From positions 29,140,001 through 29,204,000 of the forward strand of contig OX597835.1 of the NCBI GenBank assembly GCA_951406725.2: DNA of 64,000 nucleotides, read 5' to 3'. Position numbers and translations under genes: made by a program. Positions 27,426-39,778 of this stretch are shown one piece after another (position 1 is the first letter of the stretch; the number at the start of each line of letters is the position of its first letter). The DNA comes from Octopus vulgaris. Its lineage: Eukaryota. The notes beneath the pieces are model-generated. The model saw only the letters and a program-made list of their open reading frames with translations. It did not search any database and was not told the origin of the DNA.

Positions 27426-28364
27426 ATTATTATTTTTAATATATATATATACATATATCAATACTCGCGCACACGTATATACACACGCGCCGCGCGAACA
27501 CATAAGACAAAGATCACGTTTGAAATACAAAGGGAGAGTAAAAGTCCGCTTCACTGAAGCACCTGAAAACTTCACAATCTATCCGTTAGTATTTAACGCT
27601 GCCGATCATCAGACAGACGACTCTGATAATCGGTTACATGAAACTCTATTTAAAAGTCTGTGAAGTACTTTTAGCTTCAATAAAAATGATTATCGTTAAT
27701 GACTACCCGTCGCAGGTTTAGATCTAAACCTGCTAAGATGGTCTAATGTTCTTAAAGTCCCGATAAACTTATATATCAATGCAGATGCGATTGTTTTTTG
27801 AATGAATTATACCTGAAAAGGTTAACAAGAAATTAATTTCCTAGAAACGTACATTCTCAATGACAAGACATATAATTGCTCTAAGGGATATACCAAATTT
27901 TGTGTTTATAATGTTTTCACCAAAAGTGTAAGTCACCTCTCTCCCCTCTCCATGGTTTCGATGTTGTCCAAGAGAAGAGAAATATTGATCCAGCTTGAAA
28001 CTGTGGTCATCGCAGACATGGCTGTCAGAAAGCAAAGACCTGGAACAGTTACTGCAAGCCTCTCCATATGGTCCTATGACGAATTTTGCAATTCCATTTC
28101 ACTGTATTGGCACTTTATTTATTAGCATCGGATGGACGAGAAGCAAAGTTGACTTCAGCGGGATTTGAACTCAAAACAAATACTGCAAATGGCATTCTAG
28201 CAAAAAGCTTTAACGACTCTGCCAATTCGCATCAAACCTCTCTCATTGAAGAGCCATAGAATGAAATACGAAGGAAAGTTAAAGAGAAATTAAAAGAAAA
28301 TATTGGAAGATTAGACAATGAAGAATTCAAAGTAAAACTAGATGAAGTTGAAGGAAAGTTAAAA

Positions 28365-28820
28365 TTGTGTGGTTAAAGAGCGTGCTTCAAATCATGTAGT
28401 CTTGGTTTCATTCCCACTGCGCGGCACTTTGAGAAAATGTCTTCTAATATAGCTCCCGGTCAACTAAAGCCTCGTGAATGGATCTTGTGGACGGGAACTA
28501 ATAGAAGTCCGTCGTATACATATGTGTGTGTACATACATGTATGTATGTATGTATGTATGTATGTATGTATGTATATATTTATGTGTACCTCTTTGGGTT
28601 TTTCTACTACTACCACCACCACCATCACTACCACTTATCAACCGGTGTTAGTGTCTTTACGTGCCCGTAACCTCGTAGCTTAGCTATTCGGCAAAAACAG
28701 ACACCGATCGAATAGGTACGACGGTTCAAAAATTAGTCCAGGGATTGATTTATTCGACTGAACCCTTCAATGCGGTGCTCCAGCCTAGCCGCAATCCAGT
28801 GATTGAAACAAGTAAATGAT
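28365..28820 (+). mobile_element. Older CORE-like tRNA SINE
   Basis: Homologous to 24240-24665. Confidence 0.75.
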
Positions 28821-31591
28821 ATAAAATACCTGTTCATTTTACATTAAAGGTATGCTAAAGAAGGTACGTGATATTCAAGAACTATCGAAGATAAAGTGAA
28901 ATTGCGAGGTCAAAAGTTTTGTAAGTATATCGGCAAAAAAATAATTGAAGGAATATTGGAGGAAAATTATAATATTGTTTTCTACTTTAGGTACAAGACC
29001 GGAAATTTTAGGGGAGTGAGCCAGTCGATTAGATCGACCCCTGTACGTAACTGGCACTTAATTTATCGACCCGGAATGGATGAAAGGCAAAGTCGACCTC
29101 GGCGGACTTTGAACCTCCTTAAAGAGTTTTGAAAGATATGAATTATGAAGAAAATAAAATGAAGAAATCGAAAAAGAGAAAATGTTTAAGAAAATAGAGA
29201 TAAGTTGAATGAATAAGTAAATATTTATAGCAATTCAAAATTTCCCTAAATTAAAATAAAGAATAGAAAGTGAAAATAGTACTTTCGTAGAATTTGAAGA
29301 GAAATTTTAAATAATTATAGGAGAAATGGTAAAATGTTGAAGGAATAAATGCATTAATATTCAATGACGATTGGAAAAATATTAAAATATTGGAAGAATA
29401 TTAAACGAAAAAGTTAAGGAATTCTGCCATTCCATTGATCGTAAATTTATGGTGACATATTCATGAGGAACTAACGGTGTATTAAGGGTGAATTAATGAT
29501 GTTTTAGAGTGGAATTAATGGATTTTTAATGGTGAGTTTATGTATTTGGATGGAAAACTGCGGTGGAGTAAACATGTAGTGCACTTACCTGACTCCAGAC
29601 TCCCTAAATAGATTTTCTTTTGTGAAATATTAGTTGGCTCTCAGTCACGTGGTGGGCCAAAGAGGAGGGACTGGGACACTCTCAAGACGAGTGTAACTTA
29701 GAACAGACTACTTCGTAATTTGCTGCTTGTGATCACCCTCTGTGGTGTAGTGCATTCTGTCTCAGAAATGAACAGATGAACCTGTAGCTAAAGAAAAAAG
29801 AACTTCACAGAAAGCAAGACTCCCACGGAATCCTATTTAGAATGTAATGTAGAATGAATGCTGTTATGGAATAAAATCTGTGAAATGTGGGACAGTTCTG
29901 CTCCTCGGCTCCAGATCAACAAAATCGTTAGAGCGTTAGACAAAGATGCATTGCGGTGTTTATTTAGAATCTTTACGCCCAGAGTTCAAATTTCACCAAT
30001 CTCAGTTTGAACTTTTATCCTGTTCGGCTCATTTGATAAAGTGTCAAAGCCAGTGTTGGGTTACTGGAATGGCAGAATTCCTAATGACTTACGGTATTTC
30101 TTTCGGCCCTTTACAATCTCCGTTGAAATCGGACCATTTCCGACTTGAGTGCCATATTTAATGTTTCCCCGTTTAACGCAACCATATCATTCTTGGATCC
30201 TCTTAAGCAAGCATTCAGACCAGTTCTCTAATTCGGGGATAATCTCCTTTTTTCCCCTCCTGAAAGGCCTTGTAAAGGACCATGAGCACTGCATTGCATC
30301 TTGACTAAGTGATAAAAAGAGACCAGGAGAATTAAGGCCCAACGAATGAAGTCCTGCTTCATTATGCTTTATTTTCTGCGATTTTTTTCATATTATTTAT
30401 ATCATGCTCTTGTGAACTATAGCGTCGTTTTCTAACGAGCTACTTAATGTTTTAACATATTTCCAGAGGTGGGTGTAACAAGAAGCTGTATGTGCAATCG
30501 GATATGATAATATTCACGAATATATTTTTTGCTCGATGCACTGCTAAATTTATATAATTTGCTGAGATACATATAAATGTCCGCACACGTCCACACACTG
30601 GTCGAACAAACTGATTTTTAAAGACAATCGTTCTGACGCGGTCGACATTGCCGTTCGTGCAATCGATATAGATGAAATAAGTACCAGTCAAGTACTGGGG
30701 TCGATGTATTCGACTTCCCTCCTCCATCCCTCCCTTAAAAAAGTTGTTGGGTCTGCGCCAGAGTAAGGCAACTAAGTCCTGAATATCTTGCTCCTTGTTC
30801 ATCTCCTTGTGTATCTGGGACTATCCAATGCATACTTTCTTAAAAGATGAGTGCGACGCGAGAGAGTTGTTAGCCGCTATTTCTAGCAAGTTGAATGGCC
30901 AGCTAGAGGGTTGGTCGTCAGTTCGTGTTAGTACACGTTATGTAACATATGATTCATCCATTACTGCAAAGAACAGGAAATTGCTATTTATAATCCGTTC
31001 CGTAATGGCGATATTCACACATGGCGTTTGCTGACATTAAAGAGGAACGAAATTAATACACACGCACAAGCGCATGTGTGTGAGTGTGGTGTGAGCATGT
31101 GTGAGTGTGAGAGTGTGCGCGCGTGTTGTGTGCGTATATGTGCTGTGTGTGTATGTGTGTGTGTGTGTGTGGAGCGCGTATACCTGTGTGAGCATGTTTG
31201 TTTGTGCGTGTGTGTGAGAGCATATGTGTGTGTGTGTGTGTTTGTGTTTGTGTTTGTGTGTGTGTGTATGTGTGTGTGTGTGTAAATATGAGCTCAGGAA
31301 TGGCCAAATGATTAAGAACGTTGCTTTACAATCATTTATTACGGGATCGATTTCATCTAGAAAAACCTTGCGTAAATGTCGTCTGCTAAAACGTGACGTT
31401 ATGGCTCTGTTTAGATGGAAAATATAACTAAGCTAGTCGAATGGACTCAATCTGTGATTTAAATTCAAAGCGAAGCGCGCCTGACTTGTTTGTCTTCAAC
31501 AGCGTCGTCAATCGAAACGTTCGACGATCGTGATTACTTGTACCAACGTGCCTGTGAAATACCCAACAGCAGACGATGTAAGTTAGATTGT

Positions 31592-31990
31592 AAGGGCGGT
31601 GAGCTGGCAGAAACGTTAGCACGTCGGGCGAAATGCGTAGCCGTATTTCGTCTGCCGTTACGTTCAGAGTTCAAATTACGCCAAGGTCGACTTTGCCTTT
31701 CATCATTTCGGGGTCGATTAAATAAGTACCAGTTACGCACTGGAGTCTATGTAATCGACTTAATCCGTTTGTTTGTTCTTGTTTGTCCTCTCTGTGTGTA
31801 GCCCCTTGCGGGTAGTAAAGAAGTAGGTATTTCGTCTGTCTTTACGTGTTGAGTTCAAATTCTGCCGAGGTCGACTTTGCCTTTCATCCTTTCGGGGTGG
31901 ATAAATTAAGTACCATTTGCGTACTTGGGTCGATCTAATCGACTGGCCCCTCCTCAAAAATTTCGGACTTTGTGCCTAGAGTAGAAAACA
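31592..31990 (+). mobile_element. Dimeric Nin/Deu-domain SINE with ~16-bp TSD
   Basis: TSD ATGTAAGTT(A/G)GATTGT at 31576-31591 and 31991-32006. Confidence 0.9.
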
Positions 31991-32094
31991 ATGTAAGTTG
32001 GATTGTGGTCAATTTTGCCGAAGTGTTAAGCTTCGAGTACGTTAAAAACCGGTACTGGTGGTCAAGCTAAGGTGGAGAACACACACGCGCGCGT

Positions 32095-32138
<44 letters not shown>

Positions 32139-32505
32139 ATTCTTTCATTCTTTTATTTGTTTCGGTAATTTGAGAGCGGTCGTACTAGAGCGGCGCCGCA
32201 AAGGGTTTTAATCGAAGAAATCGATCCCAAGACTCATTCTTTGCGAGTCTAGCACTTATTCTATCGGTCAGCTATTGCCGAACCGCTAGCTTACGGAGAC
32301 GTAAACACAATCCGTGGAGTGGGCACAAACACAGACACAAGAGAGGGTGGATGGTATGCATGGGTGACTGCTGGCCTTCCGTAAACAATCTTGTCGGGAC
32401 TTAAACCCCAGAAGGGAACTTTCCAGGTGTAACTCCATAGTTATTCATGACCCAGGGGGGTCTTTGCTCTTTACTCATATATACATATATATACATATAT
32501 ATATA

Positions 32506-33654
32506 CTAGCTTAAGGTGACCCGCTCTACGCGCGGGTGAGGGTGTGGTTGTTACATTCTGTTGCTTCCTTTCTGTTTCTTATCGCCACATTCTCTCTCTT
32601 TGTTTATTTCTCCTTTCTCTCTCACTTTCCCACTCTCTTACTCTTCCTTTCTCTCGGACTCTCCCTCACTTTCTCTTACTCTCTATCATTCTCTTTCTAT
32701 CTCTCTCCCATTTATAAAAAACAAAAGATCTTGAGTAAGCTGTGAAAGAAAATATTTTGAAAGATCAATCATAAATATCAGGCAGTGACAACGGAAAGGT
32801 CTGCTTCAAGGCGGACTGCAAAACACTAACAGACGAACTTGCGAGATGAATAAAAAATGTATATATATTGGAAACCAAAGTTTGAAGGGATAGAATCTGA
32901 GGATAGTAGACTCACCATAGCTGTCATTCAAAACTTCTTAAAGACAGGCAGTAACGTACTGGCAGTTTAACGACTGGCGCAAAATTTTGAACTTGATGTA
33001 AAAGAAAATTCCTAAACACCAAGTTTTGAAATGATTCTCTCTCACGACAGTAGACTCCCGATGGCAGACATTTAAAACTTCTTTATGACGGACGGCAACA
33101 CATACACGATTTAAAGGTTGGCGCAAATCTTTCAGCTTGGTGTAACTGAGAATTCCTAAACACCCCCTCCTGTAAATTTTAATCCACTTCCATCCCCATT
33201 TTCACATAAAAATCCACATTGTATCAACGTAATAATTTACCGTTCTAAAAGACCTGTGGCGGGAATATTTAAACCTTTGCGGCTGTCAACGCTTTCTCTC
33301 TACAGATACAGACAGACGTACAGTGAGAGAGGTGGTAGGGGAAAGAGTGACAGAGAGACGAATCTATCAAACATCGTTATAGAGAGAAAGTAGGGGGAAG
33401 GAAGGAAAGAGAGAGATGGAAGAAGACAGGGTGAATTGCGAATGAGAGAAACGACAAACACTTGTCAAAGTGTGGGTTTTGTTGCCCTAGTAACCACAGC
33501 TTTTGAGAAAAGGGTGTCTAACCTAGTCCACTCGCTTCCTCGCCTCTTTTTACATCTCCCTGTAAATTTTGGAGCCAATCCGATCCCATCAAGTGCCTCT
33601 TAATTCGTTTCAATCCCAAAATGAGACAGATTTTTCGCATTTGCCCTTTATAGA
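32506..33654 (-). mobile_element. Non-autonomous Helitron
   Basis: Minus strand starts A|TCTATAAAGGG at 33654 and ends with hairpin ACCCGC-N7-GCGGGT (32519-32537) 9 nt before CTAG|T (32506-32509); no TSD. Confidence 0.7.
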
Positions 33655-33671
33655 TATGTATATATATATAT

Positions 33672-33860
33672 AGTTAATCCAAACAAGAAAACACAGAAAA
33701 AAAAAACACAGCAACGCGAGGACGTGGAACAATTAAAGTATTATTTGACGCTCAATAAAGAAGGGAAGGAGGGTTTAACGTTTCGAGCGGAGCTCTGCGT
33801 CAGAAACAAAGGAGAAGGAAAGATCCCGAGAAGGGAAGACTGAGGAAAAAATATTTTTGC
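33672..33860 (-). mobile_element. Short Penelope-type element with a 35-nt hammerhead at 33773-33807
   Basis: Minus strand gttt-CTGACGC-a-gagc-tcc-gctc-GAAA-c-GTT-aaac; 3' end abuts (TA)n. Confidence 0.65.
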
Positions 33861-33878
33861 TGGTGGTGCTCAAGAGAT

Positions 33879-33937
<59 letters not shown>

Positions 33938-33945
33938 GCATATAT

Positions 33946-33993
<48 letters not shown>

Positions 33994-34011
33994 GTACATA
34001 GATACACGCAT

Positions 34012-34042
<31 letters not shown>

Positions 34043-34586
34043 CGATACGGCGGGCTTCTTTCAGTTTCCCTGTCAACTCCATTCACAAGCCTCTAGTCGT
34101 TCCAAGACTATAGTGGAAAGCACTTGCCTAAGGTGCCCAGTAGTGGAACTGAACCCGGAACCATGTGGTTGGGAAGCAAGCTTCTTAGCACGCGGGCACG
34201 CCTGCACCTATAAAATTCGTGTGGCTATGCTGGGGTATCGAAACCAGAGCCTCTCACATACAAAGTAAATGTATGTGTGTTTTTATGTCAGTGTTTGTCC
34301 AACAGCCTCGTGACCGGTGTTGGTTGTTTACATCCCCGAAACTTAACGTTTCGGCAAAGGGAATTACAGAAAAAGTACCAGACTTTAAAATAAGTCGATA
34401 AGTTTTAGGGTCGATCTATTCGACAAAAAAGAAAAAAGGGAAAAACTTCAAGCGGTGCACCAGCATGGCCGCAGTCCATTGACAGAAACGAGATAAAAGA
34501 AAAGTATGTATAGGCATGTGCGTGCCTGCGTGTGTGTGTATGTTTGTATGTATGTTTGTGTATTTGTGTGTGCATGCACGTGTGCG

Positions 34587-34619
<33 letters not shown>

Positions 34620-34806
34620 TTGTGTGTGTGTTAGGTATTTCTTTCCAAAATATTTTTCATCCGTTTACTTTAAACTGGTATTTTTCAGGCTGAACCTAAC
34701 CTTTTGTCAGCCAATCTATCAACACACGTGTAAAGTTGCCCCTGAGGGGACTAGACCCACGTGAAATGAAGTTTTCTGCTCAAAACCATAACACATAACC
34801 CGATCC

Positions 34807-35040
34807 TATTTCTGTACTACCCACAAGGGGCTAAACACAGAGGGGATAAACAAGGACAGACAAACGGATTAAGTCAATTATATCGACCCTAGTGCGTAAC
34901 TGGTACTTATTTAATCGACCCCGAGAGGATGAAAGCAAAGTCGACCTTGGCGGAATTTGAACCCAGAACGTAGTAGCAGACGAAATACCACTAAGCATTT
35001 CGCCCAGCGTGCTAACGATTCTGCCGGCTCACTGCCTTTT
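34807..35040 (-). mobile_element. Monomeric Nin/Deu-domain SINE with 18-bp TSD
   Basis: TSD TAACACATAACCCGATCC at 34789-34806 and 35041-35058. Confidence 0.9.
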
Positions 35041-35349
35041 TAACACATAACCCGATCCGTTAATCGAACCCGCGATCTGAAGATCACGAGTGCAACACCT
35101 TAGTCACGCTTTCACAAATCATTACAGCACCAGGAAGAATACTTTGTGGCTTTTTAAAGTTCTGAATTTGACTTTAATTTCAAACCTCCAAAATTGAGAA
35201 ACAATTAGAAACAATGCGGAATGAAGTGTTTTGCTCCAAATTACAACGCACAGCCTTGTCCAAAAATCGAAACTGCGATCTCCCGTTCGTGAATATATGC
35301 CACCCTAGGCTCGTTTTTGCGAATCATTACAACGACGAGTGAATGCCCG

Positions 35350-35621
35350 TGTCTTAGGGGTCAGGGCATTCGGCTCACGATTGTAAGGTCGTGAGTTCAG
35401 TTCCCGGCGACGCGTTGAGTCCTTGAGCAAGATACTTTATTTCACGTTGCTCCAGTCCACTCAGCTGGCAAATATGAGTAGTAACTGTATTTCAAAGGGG
35501 CAGCCTTGTAACAGTGTGCTACGCTGAATCTCCATGAGAACATACGTGTCTGTAGAGTACTCAGCCACTTGCAATTTAATTTCACGAGCAAGTTGTTCCG
35601 TTGATCGTATTAGCTGTGACC
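35350..35621 (+). mobile_element. tRNA SINE with Meta-like domain, 3'-truncated by the following insertion
   Basis: GAGTTCAGTTCCC B-box; CCTTGAGCAAG..TTCACGTTGCTCCAGTCCACTCAGCTGG. Confidence 0.8.
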
Positions 35622-35706
35622 CTGCCTGGAATCGAGCTTTGAATCTTGGGGTTAGTATCCCGCGCTCTACTAACCTCAAGATTCCGAGTTCGATTCCAAG
35701 CAGTGA

Positions 35707-35784
<78 letters not shown>

Positions 35785-35803
35785 GAACAACAACAACAAT
35801 AAC

Positions 35804-35871
<68 letters not shown>

Positions 35872-36050
35872 TACCATCGAAAAATACCTTAGGAATAACC
35901 CAGGTTCGAAATTTCCCCAAGACACCTGAAGAAGGCTGGAGGGTATATCAGCCGAAACGTTGTGTTAACAACAAACAAGATGAAGAAAAATATGTAAATG
36001 TAAATAATGTAAATAATGTACATAATTCCTCATCCCTTAAATACAGAACC
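35622..36050 (+). mobile_element. tRNA-headed element with internal (AAT)n, a 3' hammerhead and a 5' inversion
   Basis: B-box GAGTTCGATTCC at 35686-35697; inverted head copy 35622-35657 vs 35668-35703; hammerhead at 35921-35966. Confidence 0.7.
35921..35966 (+). ncRNA. Minimal type I hammerhead ribozyme motif
   Basis: gacac-CTGAAGA-a-ggctg...cagcc-GAAA-c-GTT-gtgtt; palindromic AACGTT at stem III. Confidence 0.8.
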
Positions 36051-36242
36051 ATAAAAACTGAATTTAAGCTCCAGGGTCCACGGCAGACCCAAGTCCTTAG
36101 AAAGTAAGGATTCTGTTAATCCTTAAAATGTCTCTGATATAAATGCTAGGTGTGAAGTTTAAGGAAAGCGTTAGTGTCAATGAAACTGATATGAGTGTTT
36201 AGCCAATAATTTATTTTTATTGATAGTAAAAGAACGTAAAGC

Positions 36243-36666
36243 GGATCTTTTCGGTTTGAACGGCAGTTTTTAACATAATTTCTAGGTAACTAAAAAAATG
36301 TAAACTTCGTATACTGGTAGAATGTGTTTATAAAACATCTTTTTCCCTTGGCTTTATTGAGAAAATTCTATAGTTTGTAAGATATTTGTTGTTTTTTTTC
36401 TTGAATTTCTGCAATTTAAACCAATCACTGACGTCCATTGAGATGAAAAACATTCTGTGCCGTATGAATATGTCCCTCGTTTAAGAAACAGATCGGGTTT
36501 ATTTACATTTCTGAAGAAAAAAAGATACCCTTCCCCCCACCCCTAACCCTAACCCTAACCCTAAAACAGATTGAAATGCAATAGATCGATTCTAGGGTCA
36601 TAATTATGGGTGACAATTTCATATGACACTGCTAGAAAAAAACTGCCGTTCAAACCGAAAAGATAC
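36243..36666. mobile_element. MITE, ~28-bp TIRs, 8-bp TSD, Merlin-like GG termini, containing (CCCTAA)4
   Basis: TIR GGATCTTTTCGGTTTGAACGGCAGTTTT; TSD CGTAAAGC at 36235-36242 and 36667-36674; telomeric hexamers at 36541-36564. Confidence 0.85.
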
Positions 36667-37539
36667 CGTAAAGCGAATCTGACGTAGGCGCGATTTGAAC
36701 ACGGAGCATAAAATGTCCAAAGCAAACACCTCAAGCTGTTTTGTCCAATGTTCTAAGGATTAAGTGTAGCAGCAAAAAAATTTCTTCAAAACAGATACAA
36801 ACAACGTTCACAACAAGAGCATCAACAAATATGACATTAACAACAACAACAGCAGCAGCAACAGCAGCAGTAGGAGAAGTAGCAGCAACAGCAGCAGCAG
36901 CGTTGACTGTTGCGATAGCAATATGTCAACAACAACCTCGCCGTCATCATCATCATCATCATCAGAATAACCATCAATAAGAACAACAACCTAATCACCT
37001 GCGTCACGACTATAACACCATTTGGATAGAAATATTCCCCTACACACACAAAAAGAATGGAAAAAAACATGTTTTTGTTATTCGATATTATTGTTTATCA
37101 ACAACAGCCGGTCACGTGACGCAAGTTTGGTTTCCGGGTTGAATTCCTACTGCGTAAACCCTGTGGACGATTATCTACTAACGTATCTTCGGATTCAACC
37201 CAAAATCTTTATGAGAAAAATATACTTATGTAAGTGCCCGCTGCGGATGGACCTTTCTTTCGTTTTCTGCTTGTTTTTGATTTTTTTAAATTTTTGGTGG
37301 GGACTAGCAGGGGTAGGATTCTTATTGTGTTTTCTCAGGTTGTAGGGTTAATCCATCGCCCCTTTTAACCCCAGATTTCTCCGCATTCCTTTAGTGCCTT
37401 GATCGGTATCTGCTTAAACTGTTGCAAGCTCTCAGGCCAAGCTTCCGGGGTAAATATAAATTCTTCCCCACCCCATCCCATCCCCACAACTAACTAGAAC
37501 CCTAATAAAAAAAAAAGTATTAAAAAGTGTTATGGTTGT

Positions 37540-38265
37540 TTTCAAGTTTTAGCCTTCCGTTTAGTGTTAGTTTTAGGGTTTAGTGTCTGGTTTTTGATTC
37601 CGTTTTAGAATTAGAATTTAGTGTTTGTGTTAGTTCTGGGATTAGTATCAATGCTAGATTGAGGATTAAGATTAGTATAAAATTCCACCGAGGTCGACTT
37701 GGCCTTTCATCCTTTCGAAATCGATAAAATAAGTACCAACTGAAAATTAGGGTCCATACAATTGACTTATCCTTTCCCCCGAAATTGCTGGCCTTGTGCC
37801 AAAATTTAAAATTAGTTTTAGTGTGTTAGGTTTAGTGTTAGCATTATTTTTAAAGGATTAAAGTTAATGTTAGATTTAGGATTAGAGTTAGTCTTAGGAT
37901 TAATGCCAGAATTAAATTTTAGTATTAGTATTAGAATTTAGTGTTAGCTTTCGTTTTAGGATTAGTATCCGTGTTAGATTTAAGATTAACGTAACTTTTA
38001 GGATTAATGTTAGTATTTGTTTTAAAGTATTATGGTTAATGTTAGTTTTAGAATAACCGCAGATGTTAGATTTATAGTGTCAGTTTTAGGATAAGTACTA
38101 ACGTTAATTTCAGGATTAGTGTTAATTTTAGGATTAATGTTAGTTTAGAATTAATGTTAGCGTTTCCGAAAGTTGGTATTTGTGTTAAGATTAGAGAGAT
38201 TACGAGATTTACTTTTATGGTTAGAATTAAACCAAATTATATTAAACCAAATTATGGTTAGAATC
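37540..38265. repeat. Degenerate TTAGNN hexamer array (telomere-like), interrupted by a SINE tail at ~37680-37810
   Basis: ttagga ttagag ttagtc ttagga ttaatg etc. Confidence 0.7.
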
Positions 38266-38273
38266 AAACCAAG

Positions 38274-38332
<59 letters not shown>

Positions 38333-38339
38333 TATATAA

Positions 38340-38640
38340 TTATAACAATAAGTGTTTTGCAATAAGTTGCTTGACCACATACCGAAAATTTTAGAAATAG
38401 CAGTCAAAGGACTACTATTTCCTTTTTCTACAAAAATATGTCTCCATGGACAACAATATTTGTAACTCACACATGTCAAAAAAAAAAAAAGAAGAAAAAT
38501 AATAAAATCACAGTCTTCGATTGATTATGGACGTACGTTTCTGGATTAGAATAATAAAATTCATTTCCTTCATCGACATAATATTCCGATAAATAAATCT
38601 AGACATGCTAGGAAAATTTACCCCTTATATTTCTGACCAA
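38340..38640 (-). mobile_element. Penelope-type element with hammerhead at 38524-38582
   Basis: Minus strand attatg-TCGATGA-a-gga...tcc-a-GAAA-cgtac-GTC-cataat; 3' region TTTGACTGCTATTTCTAA..GTATGTGG resembles the 9471-10113 repeat; ends in (TA)n. Confidence 0.65.
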
Positions 38641-38655
38641 GCTTCATCACAGTAC

Positions 38656-38712
<57 letters not shown>

Positions 38713-38887
38713 GCAAAGTTCGACTTTGTATTTCATCATTTGCAGTCGATAAAATAAGTACCCGTTAAATACTGGGGCCAATGTAATCGATTAGACGCCC
38801 ACTACCCAAAATTTCAGGCCTTGTGCCTATAGAGGAAAGAATTATCCGAATATATATTTAATGTCAATTATCGAAACTAGGGGGGGG

Positions 38888-39048
38888 GGGTAAGTAGCTT
38901 GCTTACCAACCACATGGTTCCAGGTTCAGTCCCACTGCGTGGCAGCTTGGTCAGGTGTCTTCTACTATAGCCTCAGGCCGACCAAAGCGTTGTGAGTGGA
39001 TTTGGTAGACGGAAACTGAAAGAAGCCCCTCGTATATATGTATGTATG

Positions 39049-39086
<38 letters not shown>

Positions 39087-39297
39087 CGTATGTTTGTGTG
39101 TCTGTGTTTGTTCACCCAACATCGCTTGACAACCGATGCTGGTGTGTTTACGTCCCCGTAACTTAGCGGTTCGGTAAAAGAAACCGATAGAATAAGTACT
39201 AGGCTTACAAAAAATAAGTCTTGGGATCGATTTGCTCGACTAAAAGGCGGTGCTCCAGCATGGCGACAGTCTGAATGACTGAAACAAGTAAAAGAGT
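38888..39297 (+). mobile_element. CORE-like tRNA SINE
   Basis: Homologous to 24240-24665. Confidence 0.9.
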
Positions 39298-39519
39298 ATC
39301 CAAACGTGAATATGTGCTATTCATGTGAGTAGTTCACTGAGAAAAAATCAAACCAGGAGTGAAGAGTACACAGCAGGAGTAAAGTACTGTCCACGCAAGA
39401 GTAATTCATATTCAGCTAAGAGTAAGAAGTCTTTGACAAGGGCTACCTATGAATCTATATCTGGTAGGTGTAATTTAGACGGGAAGTTAGTTTTGTTGAA
39501 CCGTGTATAAGCATTGTGA

Positions 39520-39778
39520 AAAAGTAGTAAACTCCCTTCCCGAGTCATTCTGATACATAGGGGTCAGTTTCCCTGTTTCCACAGCGTATATATTCGCCAC
39601 TTGGTCGGGACGCTGGTCCGTCGCAGGATGACTGATTCTTGCCAGCTGAGTGGACTGGAGCAACGTAAAAGGAAGTGTTTTGTTCAAGAACACAATGCGT
39701 TGCCCGGCCCAAGAATCGAAACCACAATCTTGCGATCATGAATCCAACACCCCTAACCACTAAGCCACGCACCTCCAC
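39520..39778 (-). mobile_element. tRNA SINE with Meta/V-like domain
   Basis: Minus strand TGGCTTAGTGG..GGTTTCGATTC..CTCCAGTCCACTCAGCTGG..CCTGCGACGGACCAGCGTCCCG. Confidence 0.75.

Noticed and set aside
29583-29592. U1 snRNA 5' end (ACTTACCTG)
   Set aside because: No downstream U1 similarity; better read as a minus-strand splice donor or chance
30100-30460. Possible mariner C-terminal remnant (FFPLLKGLVKD)
   Set aside because: Single weak motif, no TIR recognised
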